DNA of 64,000 bases, taken from positions 137,201 through 201,200 of the forward strand of contig OZ287717.1 of assembly GCA_965649825.1 (NCBI GenBank), given 5' to 3'. This document shows positions 28,002 through 40,910 of the stretch, in pieces; position 1 is the stretch's first letter; each line of letters starts with the position of its first letter. A program made the position numbers and the translations under genes. This DNA comes from Penicillus capitatus (taxonomy: Eukaryota > Plantae > Chlorophyta). Below the pieces are notes generated by a model that searched no databases, was not told the origin of the DNA, and saw only the letters and a list, made by a program, of their open reading frames with translations.

Positions 28002-31000
28002 TCAAAACGCGCTTCCTTGTCCGTCATAGTCCGTGTGACAGAAACATTTTGCTGAACTTGGGTAGCCTGGATCATCTGGCGCCTCGAGTTCCTACACACA
28101 GTTGACATCCACTACAGAAACGACTAGAAAAACTGGTAGCTCTCACCGTGTGGAGCATCTTTTCAGTTAGTTCATCTATCGCATTCTGGAGGACGGAGAT
28201 TTCGGTTCTGAACGTCTCCTTCTCGGATGCTTCAAAAGAGCTAATTTCGCTCTCTAGTTGCTTGCGCATGATCTGTTCTTTTTTGTACTCGGAATCCAGG
28301 TAGTCGATTCTCTTTGCCTGGCCTTCGATCACGACGGCGTGACTGCTCTCGCGACGTTGAATGTCAGCTCTCAGGTCCAGGAGTTCTTGCACTTCGAGTT
28401 GATCCTCGTGTACCTGTTCCATTTCGGCCAAGTCTGCGTTGTACATCGCGGTGATGTTGGCCACACGCTCGACCAGATCGTTCAGCTCCGCCTCCTGACG
28501 TTGCTCCAGAGTATGGACGTTCTCTTTGACGTCGGCGAGCTCGTGTTTGAGTTGCTGGACCTCTTCGGACCGCGTTTCCTCTAGATGTGACAAATTGCTG
28601 GTGAGTTGCTGGTAACTGGCGACGGTGTCGGCCAACTGACGCTCCAGTTCGGCGCATCGCTGTTCGCTGGCAGCAATGGCCTCTTGTTTTGCCTTGAGTT
28701 CCTCCTCCAGGCTCTGGGCTTTGGCCGAGTCCACTGCCTCCGTCAGTTTGTTGATCTCTGTCATCTTGGCGATCTCTTCTTCCACGAGGGCGCCTCTCAG
28801 ATCCGAGAGCGAACGGCTGAGGGCTGTCATATCTCGACGCATCTGTAGCAGGTTGCTCTGCAGCGTGTTCTTCTCGGAGTCCACCGCGCGACGCTTCTGT
28901 CGGGTTTCGTCGAGTTCGTTCAGAATGGAATCGAGCTCGGCTTCGGACGCTTGCTGTATCTGTTGGAGTTTCGAGATGTGCGTCTGGTGCTCCTGCAGTC
29001 TTTGATGCATCTGTCGAATGTGGTGCTCGTATTTCTCGCCGAAATTGGCGTCCGGCAAACCATAACAAATCGAAAAACGCTGCGTCTCCGACATCTTCCC
29101 AGTCTAGCACACCACAGGCAACACAAACGTCACATCATTGCTGTATGTAAAGGAGGTGAGTGAGTACCTTGGCGAATCGCTTCATCATCAGATCGCTGAT
29201 GTGCGTCTGGAGGGACATGCAGATCTCTTCGCCCTGGTTCGTCTCGAACTGAAACACGTGCAGAACTCCGGCGACCTTCATCTTGATGAAGATGGCGTTG
29301 TTGCTGGATCCAAACTGCATGATGTCGCGCAGCTCTGCCGAGTGAAGGTACTCCTTGGGGACCGGTCGGAAGAAATGCACGCCGCGTTTGTTGATGCCCA
29401 GGATCACTTTGGATGGCAACAGACCGATCGGATCGGCGTTCCGTCGCACGGGAAAGAACGTCGAGTTTCCTAAAGGGCAGACAGGCATCAGATGGCGGCG
29501 TCGCGATGCAGAGAAACGGCACGCACCGTAGGGAAGACTGTGGATGATTCTCAGGAACTGCAGTTTTCCTCCCTCCTTCGTCAGCTTGCTGAAGGCGTTG
29601 TATCTGTGGTAGACGTCCTGGTGCCATTGCTGACGCTTGCGCGACATCAGAATCTACACGGCCATGTCATTCATCTCTCTGGTCCACGTGGACTGGGAGG
29701 CACCTGAGAGGTCGTGAATTTCTCGGCGGCTTTCATGAAACGCGGATCCGTCTTCTTCAAATCGGCGCCCTCGGCGACGATGATCTGCAGGGCGCACATC
29801 TGCGCCGCGTCGTCCCGGACCACTGGATAGTTTCCTTTCAGAAAGTCATGCTGCGCTTGCATATAGGACAGCGACAGAAAAATCGGCTCCGTGATGTGTT
29901 CGTCTTGTTCCCTGCCGGACGGACACACATTCCCGAGGCCTTCGATCGAGAGAGGGGCCGTTTCACCTGAACATGCGTTTCTTGAATAGAAAGTAAGTTC
30001 CTTCCTTGTCCTCCTTCTGCGAAAGGATGTCGGCGATGTACAGATTCTCCTCGAGATGTTTGTGCGTGTCCACGAGCTCTCCGTTCTCCACCGCCTCGGA
30101 TGGCTTTATCTCGTAGAGCGAAACGTCGCGTAGTTGGCGAGGCTGATCGTCTCGGCGATGCTCTCGATCGCCTCCTGGACCGTCGATGTCGTGTGGTAAT
30201 CGAAGCGGCACTCGCGTCCGTCCAGAAACTGAACTCTCGTCGTCAACTTCTTGTTCAACAGCAGAGCCTCGATCTCGTCCAGACCCAGCGCCTAAGGAAG
30301 ATTCATGTCGCACGAGCGCGAGCGGGTCGGCGGCATCACCTCCTGTCTCGGTCCGGCGCGTGTTGTTCGCTTGAATGTTGCCCAGACGCGAGACACGAGC
30401 TCCTTCATGCGGGCCGAGTCGTGGGACTCCTGCATCACCTGGTGGATGTACTCGGAGATGACGGCGATGTACTCCTACGGACACGCGACAGGAGTGCAGA
30501 CCCTGAGCGGGCCTTCGGGTCTGTTCACCTTGGCCGGATCGAAGACGGACGCCGCCACGATCCAGAGTTCCCAGATGCGATCTCTGTACTCCTCGAGTGG
30601 GACACTTCGGCTCTGTTTGATCAGCTGCATGTAGAGTTCGTTCTTCAGATCCGGATGCTTGGCACACGTCTTGATGAGACGCGATGCCGTTTCGACCAGC
30701 TGTCCGGCTTCGAGCGACGCCGGACGGAAGCCCATATAGGTACAGATGTACTCATGCATCTCCAAAGCGTCTTGCGTCTGGCCAGAGTCCAACTTCAGCA
30801 AACTGGACGGCAGTGGCTTCTGCAGACACATGAAGGGTCTGGCGGCGGGTGGATGCGTATGGTGACGGACTTCGGAGAATTTGAGCAGCTCATCGAGCAG
30901 GGCACCTTCGGCGTCTGCAAAGGGTGGGTCTTCGGCGACGTCCAAAACGGAGGAACGACGGGATTCGCTCTTCTCAGTAGCGCCATTCACTTTGACATGT

Positions 31001-31260
31001 TCATCAATCTAAGCAGCGATGCCGTTGGAGAGCCTCTGACGAACGACTGCACGCAAAGGCAGGCGTACTTGAAACTTGAATTCGACGCTGTCAAGCCCAG
31101 CTAGTTTTTTGTTTGACGCGTACGTCGAAACGGATACCGCGTCCTACACACAAGCCATAGGATGAAGGTTCAGGTTGCTGACAGTCGACAAACAAATGGC
31201 TGGCACGGCATCGTCTTCGTGCATATCGAATAGCGTCGTTTGGGCAAGTCCCCGCAACAT
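28002..31260 (-). pseudogene. Motor-less KCBP derivative (MyTH4-FERM-coiled coil, unique C-terminus) with a 1-nt frameshift at ~30121
   Basis: Own ATG (31260) and 5' exons homologous to KCBP-B. Body near-identical to KCBP-A. Diverges at EQIMRK just before the motor into QLESEISSFE... TTTT (47098-47101) is TTT here, giving TAA at 30106-30108. Last exon and 3' end uncertain. Confidence 0.7.
28260..31091 (-). repeat. Inverted repeat arm A (~2.83 kb), copy of 46130-48958
   Basis: Identity runs from ACAGCGTCGAATTCAAG to CAGATCATGCGCAAGC, introns included; 13 mismatches in the first ~610 bp by hand. Confidence 0.98.
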
Positions 31261-34128
31261 GTCCGATAAATACCCACTGAAAATTACACAGCAATATACA
31301 TAGTACGAGATGAGTGCGATACCGATAAAGGCCCAACTCGCAGGTCTTTCTTATATATAGCGTGCAAACTGAGAATAGTCTCTTACTCCCGCTTAACACT
31401 TAGTACACTGTGGTAACATGAGAATGGTTCATAATTCACCATAGACTTTGTGGAGATACGGCGCAGTTCGCAGATGCAGTGCAAGAAGCGAGAAACAGAA
31501 CGTCGACTTCCTTACGTTTTCGTTCATTTCTTCAGGCTTCGTTATGGGGTACAAAGATTACGAGCGTTAAGTTTTTGAAGAATAAACCGGCTTAAATAAA
31601 AGAAGCCTAACACTTTCATCTTTTTCCAGGGATCTGAAGTTGAGTTCTGCGGAAGGTGGAAGGAAGAACGTCAACTGAAATCAGTACGACAGCTGCAATC
31701 ACACGTAAGACTTCATTTATTCGCATTTTTTGCCGTTTACTAATCATAGAAATTGTTTCCTGACCCGAAAATGCAGACAGATACTTCTACGACTTCATCC
31801 GGCAAGGAAGACGAGAACCATTTTAAGGGGATGCACTGCGAACAGGTCTGACAAACGAGCAATTCTTTGCTAAATGCACATTGGCAGGCCATCTTCGAAC
31901 GGACATCTTTAGGGGTTACAAGAGAACAGACTTAGCGACAACAGGTGCCTCCGCATTAACGGTGGCAAAGTTCTCGATGTTAACAGCTGTTATGTATAAA
32001 GTCAGATTCGACTGTTTGATAACTCAGAATACAATAGGAGCTTGTATGAATAGAAAACATCAATAGGAGAGGGAGCACACAACTGTGCGAATATATATTC
32101 CACATTCGGCGCTTTTTATGTTTTTTGTCTCCTGTTTTGCGGCAACTAGATCGTTTTGCTGTTTTGCTACTTTGTTGGAGAAATGCTGCTACTTGAATGT
32201 AGCAGGATGAGTTCAAGATGAAAATACCGGCCCATCGGCAAGACAACGAAAGCGATGAGCAACAATAGATGTAAGATCAGTTCGAACACAAGTATTGACG
32301 ATAGAGTCAAACTCCAAGAACAGACGGAGAATAAATGTTGCCGAAGCGATGATTAGTGACCAGGATGAATCTTGCAATTAGCACTCTTGCCAGAAAGATT
32401 TAATAGCTTAAGTCGGATCTTTCACATCCGTTAAGGACAAGATATCGATCAATATTTAGGTATGATGGAACTAATAGGAAGACAAGCAGCGAGTGCTAAG
32501 AGAAAAGATGCTATGCTCTGTTCGAGATGCAAGGAGATTTGACGTGCTTACTGTCGTAGGGGACAGCTGTTAGCTCCGCTGTCGTACTCCTTGGACAGCT
32601 GTTTCCTTCCGGGTCACATCAACACCTGAATACTTAAACGCGTTCCCTGTAAAAACTCTGCCTCGTTTGTAATCCATCATTGTTTGTCGCCTTACCTCGG
32701 CGCTTACAGCGGACAATGACACTTTTCAAATCAAAGCTCCAAGAAAGTATGCACGATGAAGAAGATAATTCGATCCACACGTATGCTAAGGTGTACATAT
32801 AACAATATTTTATCCTTTTCTAACTTAACGGCTATTTGCATCAAAGCCGCAGACAAAAGGAACAAGAACGGGATGAGTTGCAGGCTGTCACGCTTGTGTG
32901 TGTCACATCGTCTACTTCGTTTCTGAGGGGGTCGGCATCTCAAAGGGCGCTCGTGCAAGGTTCCCGTCTTTTCAGGGGTCTTTTTCTATGGTCTCGAGGA
33001 ACGGATGACTCACCTGTTGTGTGCAGTCATGTCACACTGATCGTATAAATATGTGGCATTGAACCTCGACCAACCTTGCTATGTGAACTGTAAAGTCTTC
33101 CGCTATGTTTTTTCGTTGAGCTCGGCGCTCCCGCGTGACCCTTACCACGGCGCAAGGGTTATGAAAGAATCGCACTATGATGGTCAAAGGTTGCAAGGAT
33201 TGAATATACACACCTAGGAAAATGAAGTTCGCTTGAGTGTTCTGTTTTCATATATCACAGCGTTAAGAACTTCATTTGTTTGTTTGTGGCGTTCCCATCA
33301 CATCGTGAGAACTTCATAAGCATCTTCATGCAAGTTCATCTGGAAATGCGACACGATTTTACAACACCATGCACAGAAAAAATGTAGCGGCGATGATGTC
33401 AATATCACACCGTCCGAAAACCCTCAGTCTTAGGGATTGATTGAAATGGCCAATTATATCGATTGCCAAACTATCGATGATCCACTATCACATCTCGAGA
33501 GGTGCCAAATCGTTTCAAAGTATCCTCGACACAAGCATTCAAAACCTGGCAACATCTAGAATCATACCATGCTACCTCTCCCTATCCATCGCATGCCTTC
33601 TGTACTGAGAGTGCCGAAGCAAGACGTTCTCTCTCATGCACGTCTATCTAAGAGGTCCGTGTCGATCGATCCGTTCTCGAACTCCTTTATATCTTGGATG
33701 CCAAACATTGCTTAACACAGACAAGACATCTAAGTCGACAACTTCTTAGAACACTCCTACGAAATTGGCAATCTCATCGCTTGTTTCATATCGGAATGCT
33801 CCTACCCATCTGAAATGAAACCATTGGCGAATGAGATGTTCTTTCTTTTACAAGCATCAGCTGTCAAGATGTTTGCCTCTTAACGACGTTTTGACGATCA
33901 AATACTGACCCATTCCGACTGTACGTAAGAAGTATTGTTGGCGACTTGTTGAGAAAACGCAGAATAGAGAAAACAAACTGTTTTAGAACAGGCGTTCTAT
34001 ATAGCGGAGAATGTCCATTAATGAAACGACGGTTCCGAGGTTCTGTCCGCCGCCAATCCAGATGGTCTGTCGGATTCGATGTATTTCTTCACCAGCGTCA
34101 GCGGACTTTTCTTGTTGTATCTGCCTCC

Positions 34129-35261
34129 ATGTGCACCGCTATCTTCTCTTACGGCGTCCACTCTTCTTTGCTCTTCTTCCTCGCCTTTAATCGCGACGAG
34201 TACTTTAACAGGTGCCAAAACTTCCCGCGTGCCTTAATGGCGACTGTCTTGCTCAGAACGGTTAACGTAGGGCGTCTGCGAAAGCGCATGAATGGAAAGA
34301 CCATCCAGGAGTTATCGCTCCGAGGGACCTCAAAAGAAAAGGCACATGGCTCGGAATTTCCAAGAGCGGCAGAGTCGCCTTTCTGACGAACCTATTCAAG
34401 GCGAAGAGTAAACGCCGCGCGCCGCCGCTTCGAACTCTCTCCCGTCTCCTGACCCTGCGTTCACAAAAGAGACCGCCACGTTCGCGAGGGACTCTGCCGG
34501 TCGATTTCTTAACCGGGTCGCAAAAACCGTCTGAGTTCTTGAGTGTATGAATACCCTTCTCTCTGAGATTCCAAACGTCATGTCTCTCCTTAGGACGTGG
34601 AACTGGAAAACTATCCGTCCCTGAATCTTGTGTGCGGGCAACTGTTTGAAGAGCCCGAGATATCAACAACGAGTTCTCAGGGATGCCAAGGGTCATCCTC
34701 TCTCGAAGCAGGCATCTATGGTACGCTCTCATTCACTGTCCCCATACCTCACAAGACAGTGTTCAGGACTGAGCAACGGTCCCATGGGCCAACCGAACTG
34801 GCACAAAGTGGAACACGGCAAGTCGGAACTGAAAAGTATCCTGGAAAGCGTCGGAAGAGGTAAGGCACACATCCCACTGTTCGGCACGTCGGTCAATGAC
34901 GTGTCCGGTATAGAGAAGGAGCTTCCATGGGATGAGATTTTTGATCGAGTCATGGGCAGAACAGAAGCAGTCCCTTTAGGGGGACCTTTGCCGGGGACAG
35001 GTATTGGCGGCTGGATGGAACGCCGTCTCAGTGCTATGCGTGTTCTTCCATTCTGGAATTTCGATCGAAACGTACAGCTCTGTCTCTCAAGCGTTTCCCC
35101 ATCGGAACGTGCGTTTCTCTGTCTTGAAGGGAGGTCTATGTGGTACGGTCTCACAGACACTGGTCGCCGTGTGGAAAGATCGTTCGGTGGAGATCAGAGA
35201 ACGTATCTGGGACGCAGATGAACATTTCCAGCAGCATCGCTACGCGTTCTGCTGCGACTGA
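34129..35261 (+). CDS. TANGO2: TANGO2/NRDE-family Ntn-hydrolase-like protein, copy 1
   Basis: MCTAIF..LAFNRDEYFNR, RDLKRKGTWLGISKSGRVAFLTN, SRGTLPVDFL, LSNG..WHKV, GTVSQTLV; 5-6 introns; frame intact. Confidence 0.9.
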
Positions 35262-35642
35262 TTTGCCTTCGGGCTTTTATAAAGGCTTTTATGATCCATC
35301 CCTCATTATCATCCATCCTTTTCTATTGCCTTGAGATGTCGACACACAAACGACGAACCTTTATTTCGTCAGGAGTTCGACCTCTCTGGCGACGCTCCAC
35401 GATTTAATACTCAAACTGCAAGTTGCAATAGATCAAACAAACAGGTCTACCGATAAGAGCACACTTTTTGGCTAGTGGGTTTCTCCTTCTAGACCAGAAG
35501 TCCTCTGAGGGACGCTGTTTGACTCGTATAAGGTAGACGAAAACGTGCGAAGCACAGTTATCCACAGTTTAGTGATTCTAGTCGTGCACTCCCCATCTAG
35601 ACGTGCACTTATCTTTTATTTCCAACGGGATTCTCAGTGAGC

Positions 35643-35726
35643 AGGAAGGGCATGGTTGCTCGATCATGGGACAAAAGAGTGACTAAGAAAGGCACGGTTG
35701 CTCAATCATGGGACAAAAGAGTGACC
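35643..35726. repeat. 42-bp tandem duplication upstream of TANGO2 copy 2
   Basis: 35643-35684 and 35685-35726 differ at 5 positions, all transitions; each unit contains AAGAGTGA. Confidence 0.9.
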
Positions 35727-35830
35727 AGCATATGTATGCGTTAGTATCTACTATTAAGAAGCGATAAAGGTTTTTTAATAAGCTGCGATTTCAAGTCGAA
35801 CGCGACGGACTCGATGATGTCATTTACGTC

Positions 35831-36992
35831 ATGTGTACCGCCATTTTCGCCCTTGGCACGCATACGTCGCTGCTCTTCCTCTTGGCCTTCAACCGGGACG
35901 AATTCTTTGACAGGTGACGCACCCGCTGCGACGGACAGGCGACGCTACGAGGGTCTGTGTCAGGAACGCGGCCGGCGTGCACAGATGGACGGACAGACCT
36001 GGCATCGTGGCACCGAGAGATCTCGAACGTCAAGGAACGTGGCTGGGTCTCTCCGAAAGGGGCAGAGTCTCCTTCCTCACGAACATACGCGTGGTAGATC
36101 GCCATCGATCCCTGTCCCTTTCACCGACGGCGACGAAACCTGTGTGGTGCGCAGCCCCAACCGAAGAGATCTCCTCTCTCCAGAGGCATGCTCCCAGTGG
36201 AGTTTCTCGAAGGACAGCAGACACCGTTAGAGTTCCTGACGGTAAGGCTGTGGCTTTCTGCCGACGGAGAGGTGCATCTATTGGCTGTGTCAATGGCAGG
36301 GGCTCGATGTTCACGACTACTCACCTCTCAACCTGATGTGTGCTGATCTTTCGGATCCGATGCAGCTCGGCATGTTCAGCTCGAAAGAAGAGGGAAAACC
36401 CTTCATCTTCGAGAAAGGCATCCACGGTCTCTTCGTCGACTGTGGGACCTGGCGCGGATCCGACGGTTGCGATGATGTCAGGTATCAGCAACGGCCGGCG
36501 AAATGACGCACGATGGTATAAGGTGGAACAAGGCAAGACACGACTGAAAGAGATCCTTGATCGCTTAGAGAAAGGTCCAGCCACATCTCTCCCTTTGCCG
36601 CCGCCATGTCGAAGGGCGGCGTGTCGTAGATGATGCGATTCCGTGGGATGACGTCTTTGAGCGCGTTCTGGGCAACAGCGATGAGGTGGACGTCGGGATG
36701 CCGTTGCCAGAGACGGGCGTCGAGGAATGGAGAGAGCGCAAGTTCAGTGCCATGCGCATCCTTCCTTTCTGGAACTTCGCTCCACCCGTACCCCTCTGCA
36801 TCACCCTCTCCCTGCGGCCCTTCGTCGACGGGCTCTGTGAAGGGCGGATTGTATGGGACCGTTTCGCAGACGGTGGTGGCTGTATGGAGTCATGGCTTGG
36901 TGGAAGTCAAGGAACGTCTGTGGGATGCCGATCAGAGATGCAGCCACGGAGAAATCGCCTTTCACTTGTCGAAACCCGTCACTGTCGTGTAA
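35831..36992 (+). CDS. TANGO2: TANGO2/NRDE-family protein, copy 2
   Basis: MCTAIF..LAFNRDEFFDR, GTWLGLSERGRVSFLTN, SRGMLPVEFL, ISNG..WYKV, YGTVSQTVV; 6 introns at the same positions as copy 1. Confidence 0.9.
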
Positions 36993-37354
36993 ACGGCATC
37001 TGCCTGGAAGGGATTCCTCTTTCTGTAAGACAACTGATTGGCCATCGTGGTCTCTTCGCATCGGCGAGCAACCGTTCGATGGGTCGCCGGTCACCCAACG
37101 ACAACTAGGCGCTTTTCTGCAAGCCAAACGCCGCGTGCGCGCTGCGCTTCGCCCCGTAGGACGTACAAAGACAAGCATAACAGAGCTGGTATCTGAATGC
37201 TTTGTACAGGAGTATTTGCGCTGTTAACCGTCGGTCTCTGAGAGAAACCACAGGGACGATGCCCTCGGGAAGAAAAGCCAGAAGCTTTGCGTCGACGGTC
37301 GCCGAACGGCATCCCCTTCGCCTGGACACACTTGGCGAATCTTGCAAGACGTTC

Positions 37355-38350
37355 TTATCCTCTTCGCAGGCGCTTCGATTCAACATCGTCGCTGTCATCC
37401 GCGTCAGCCAGCGGTATTTCTGACGACTCCGCCTCGGTGCGTCGACCGAGGCACGAGGCATTCGATCGATCACACGCCCCCGTGACGTTCCTCACCCATA
37501 CGACGGTTTGGCAAGGTTCTGCATATCGAGGTCGTCTGGCCATGACGTATCCATCCTGCCTGTACCGACAAAAAAGATCCAAACACAATACGTCATCCGT
37601 TGTGGCGTACGGTTCTCGCATGCCGTCCACCGAGTGAAGATAATCCTTCAAAGCCGGAAGGAATGGAGAGGCCGGATACAACAGAGAAAAGCGAGCGACA
37701 ACGCGTGTCGACGGATAGCGTTCGGTTCGGCGACGGGTGAACTGCCTCACCAGATACGGTGCACGTGGGAAACGCACCAAGGATGCATGGATTCCCGAGA
37801 CCTTGGCCACAGAAGGGATGTCCCTAGACAGCGCGCCGACAGCAATGCGGCCGTCGTGCCTCGTTGGACGTCTCGCAACGTGGCGTAGGTACAGGTCACT
37901 GCTAGACGTCATGGAGGTATCTGACAGACATAACGTGAAGTACGTCCTCGTCTGACGGTTCCTCTCCACTACAGGTACCTTCCTCCGTTGTGTCGATCGA
38001 ACCGCTCACGGTCGGTTTGCTGAGAGCAGATCGGAGAGATGATCTGCATAACCAATGCCATTTTGGGCCGAATACCTCGATCCCATGTGTCTCACCACTT
38101 GGCCGTTGCCTCGGATCTGAGAGATCTGCGAGCACGGTTCCCCCAATGCAGCAAGATCGTCCCATGCCTGACCCATGCCAAACGCAGGGGCTGTGCTCAT
38201 AGCGTCCATACGTCGACAGGACAGGTACGTATGGAGATGCGCCTGGTCAGATGGCTGGTTGATTGCGTTATCGATGTCAATAGACATGCATCGATCGACT
38301 GAGGGCAGGATGATCTTTCTTGTCAAACCGTCTGACTGTCCTTCCACATC
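37355..38350 (-). CDS. Probable spliced gene of unknown function (5' end unresolved, possibly to ~38700)
   Basis: ORFs 38006-38347 and 37355-37969 are separated by a GTGAGC..TCAG intron-like segment; no recognisable domain. Confidence 0.35.
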
Positions 38351-38936
38351 GAACGAGGCCTGTCATCTTCGACTGCCCCATGGTTCAGCGATCGCCCGGC
38401 GGTTTCGACTGCAGATGGTGCGGAGAGGCCAGCCGGTGCTGTCCGCTTGAGTGCGAGCACCACGCTGTACTGCTGGGCAGCAAGTGGCGTGGGTCGCTGA
38501 TGCGGTTGGATCGGTTGGATAGCGACACGGGTGCGCTGTTATTGGTCCGGTCCCGACTCGACGGATGGAGACTTGTAGTGATGCCGTGGACGTTGTTCTT
38601 ATCTTGTTCATTCCGCCTACCAGAAGCCGTTTACGTATCACCATCTTGCCCAAACCTAGCACCACCCTCTCCGCGACTAGCACGTTTCCAGTAGCCCTGC
38701 TTACGTGTGTTTACGACTAGTACTCCTCTCCGAAAGGGACGACACCGTAAGCAACTCCTGCTAGCAGGTGTATCCATCCATTTGAAAAAGAAGAAGAACC
38801 GTTGTCGGTAAGCACTATACTTCAGCGAGCGTCGCGCGTTGTTTCTATCGAATTCTCCGTTTCGCCGCGTCCTTTCTGTGGTCGACGGCTTTCTCCATCT
38901 CTCTCTATGTCTAGGTTAACGAAGTCGACGATCAAC

Positions 38937-40910
38937 ATGTCGCGTAAGAACGAAAAAAACGAACCTTTGCCCATTACTGACGGAACCGATAGCCGGTGTT
39001 CCGTCGGGCCCGATGTGTCCTTACGAATTCTAGTGCCGGCCTCGCGCGCTGGAAGCATCATTGGCAAGGTAGCCGCCGCGGGTCACTCCGTCGAAGTCAC
39101 GCACGAAGTTTGTGCTGCAGGGTGGTGAATACATACAATCCCTTCGCCAAGATTCCGGCGCCAAAATCAAAATCGCCAATACGATGCCCGGCTGTGAAGA
39201 AAGAGCCGTCCACATCTCTTCACCCGATAGGTAGGAAAATTGACCCCTGACCCACTGCCACTCAACAACCCTATCTCTCATGGAATGCAGTGAAGAGAAC
39301 ATGGTACCGGCGCAGCACGCCTTAGTCCGTATGCTTCATCGGATTTTCGCTGATGAGATCGATAATGAAGGCGGAGCGACAAAGGTCTCTGTCCGAATGT
39401 TAGTCGACAACTCTCAAGTGGGGCCCATCCTCGGAAAAGGAGGAGCCACGATCAATTCCATGCGCGAGAAATCCGGAGCAGTCATCAAGGTCATACAAGG
39501 CGCATCCGATCTCCCTGTCTTCCGAGGCCTCACAGATGAGCTCGTGCAAGTAAGCCAGCCGCCATCGACAAGGAGACAGACAGATGCTGGATCGATGTGT
39601 GTGTGTGCAGATTACTGGCGAATTCGACAAAGTGATCGTTGCTGTCAACCTTGTGTCTGCATGTCTTCGAGAGAATCCTCCACGTGTTCGTCCTGGGATG
39701 TCCTCTCCCGGGTCCTTTCCTCGTCCAATGGGTAGCATGGCCATGCTCTTCCCAGTCCCTCCCGGTCTAACAAGCGTTATCCAATCAACTTCTGGCTTCC
39801 TATTTGGCTTCAACGGCCTAGTCGAGGCGCAGTACAGAATGCTTGTTCCCGACAACAAGGTCGGCTGCGTCATCGGCAAGGGGGGAGACGTGATTCGCCA
39901 GATTAGAGAAGAAACCAAAGCTCGCGTTATAGTGTTCAATCCAACAGAAGGCTGTGAGGAACGCGTCGTGATGTGCCGATCCATGGATGAAGCACCGACA
40001 CTCATCTGCTCTGCTCAAGAGGCTCTCTGCAGATGTCTGTATTCACTGATCATGGAGGAAGATCGCAGCTCAGGAGGACAGCACACAGTTCAATTGCTCG
40101 TGCAACAAGATCAGGTAGGTGCAGTGCTAGGCAAAAGAGGATCCGTTATCAAGTACGGTCAACGACAGCTTCTCTGTGGATAGCTGATGGTGGTGGTGGG
40201 TGTGATGGCAGAGAGATACAGATGCATACCGGAGCAAAATTGATTGTACAAAATGAGGATCTACCTAGTTGTGCTAACGATGAAGACGAAATCCTAGAAA
40301 TCAAAGGGCGTGCTCAATCCGTCATGCAGGCCGTTCAAACCTGTTGTTGTTTAATGCGTGTCAACATGGCTAGATCCCAAGCTAAAGAAGCATCTGCTGC
40401 TATGGGCGGTGCCACAACTCAAGAGAACTTGGGCGGTGGTCATCGCGGCATGGAAATGCTGCATCATATGAACTCGCTCATGGGCATTGGAGGCATGGGT
40501 GTGATGCAACGACCCGGAATGCCAATGGGTTATGGATCTCCAATGATGGCACACAACTTCTTGCCTCCTAGAGGGAACATGGTCATGATGAATGGCGGTT
40601 CCAACAACTCTACACAGGCTGTGATGAAACTTGGTCTCACATCTGCGCAAGTGGGTGCGGTGATCGGATCCGGAGGTCAGAACATCAACCAAATTCGACA
40701 GGTATCCCTCGAGGCCTTTCGGTATGTATGGCAGCGTTGGTGCAGATCTCCTGTGCTCGGGTGAAATTACATGGCAAGGAAGACAACTGTGCTGAAAGGG
40801 AACTGGAGATAACGGGTTCGACAGAGCAATGTCAAGCAGCCCAAAATCTTGTTCAAGCGTTCCTGCTGGCTGGGGGAGCGCCGCCACAAGTCAAGATCAT
40901 CTCCGCCTGA
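38937..40910 (+). CDS. Five-KH-domain RNA-binding protein (HEN4/RCF3/PCBP-like)
   Basis: GxxG loops GSIIGKGG, GPILGKGG, GCVIGKGG, GAVLGKRG, GAVIGSGG; 5 GT-AG introns. Confidence 0.9.
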
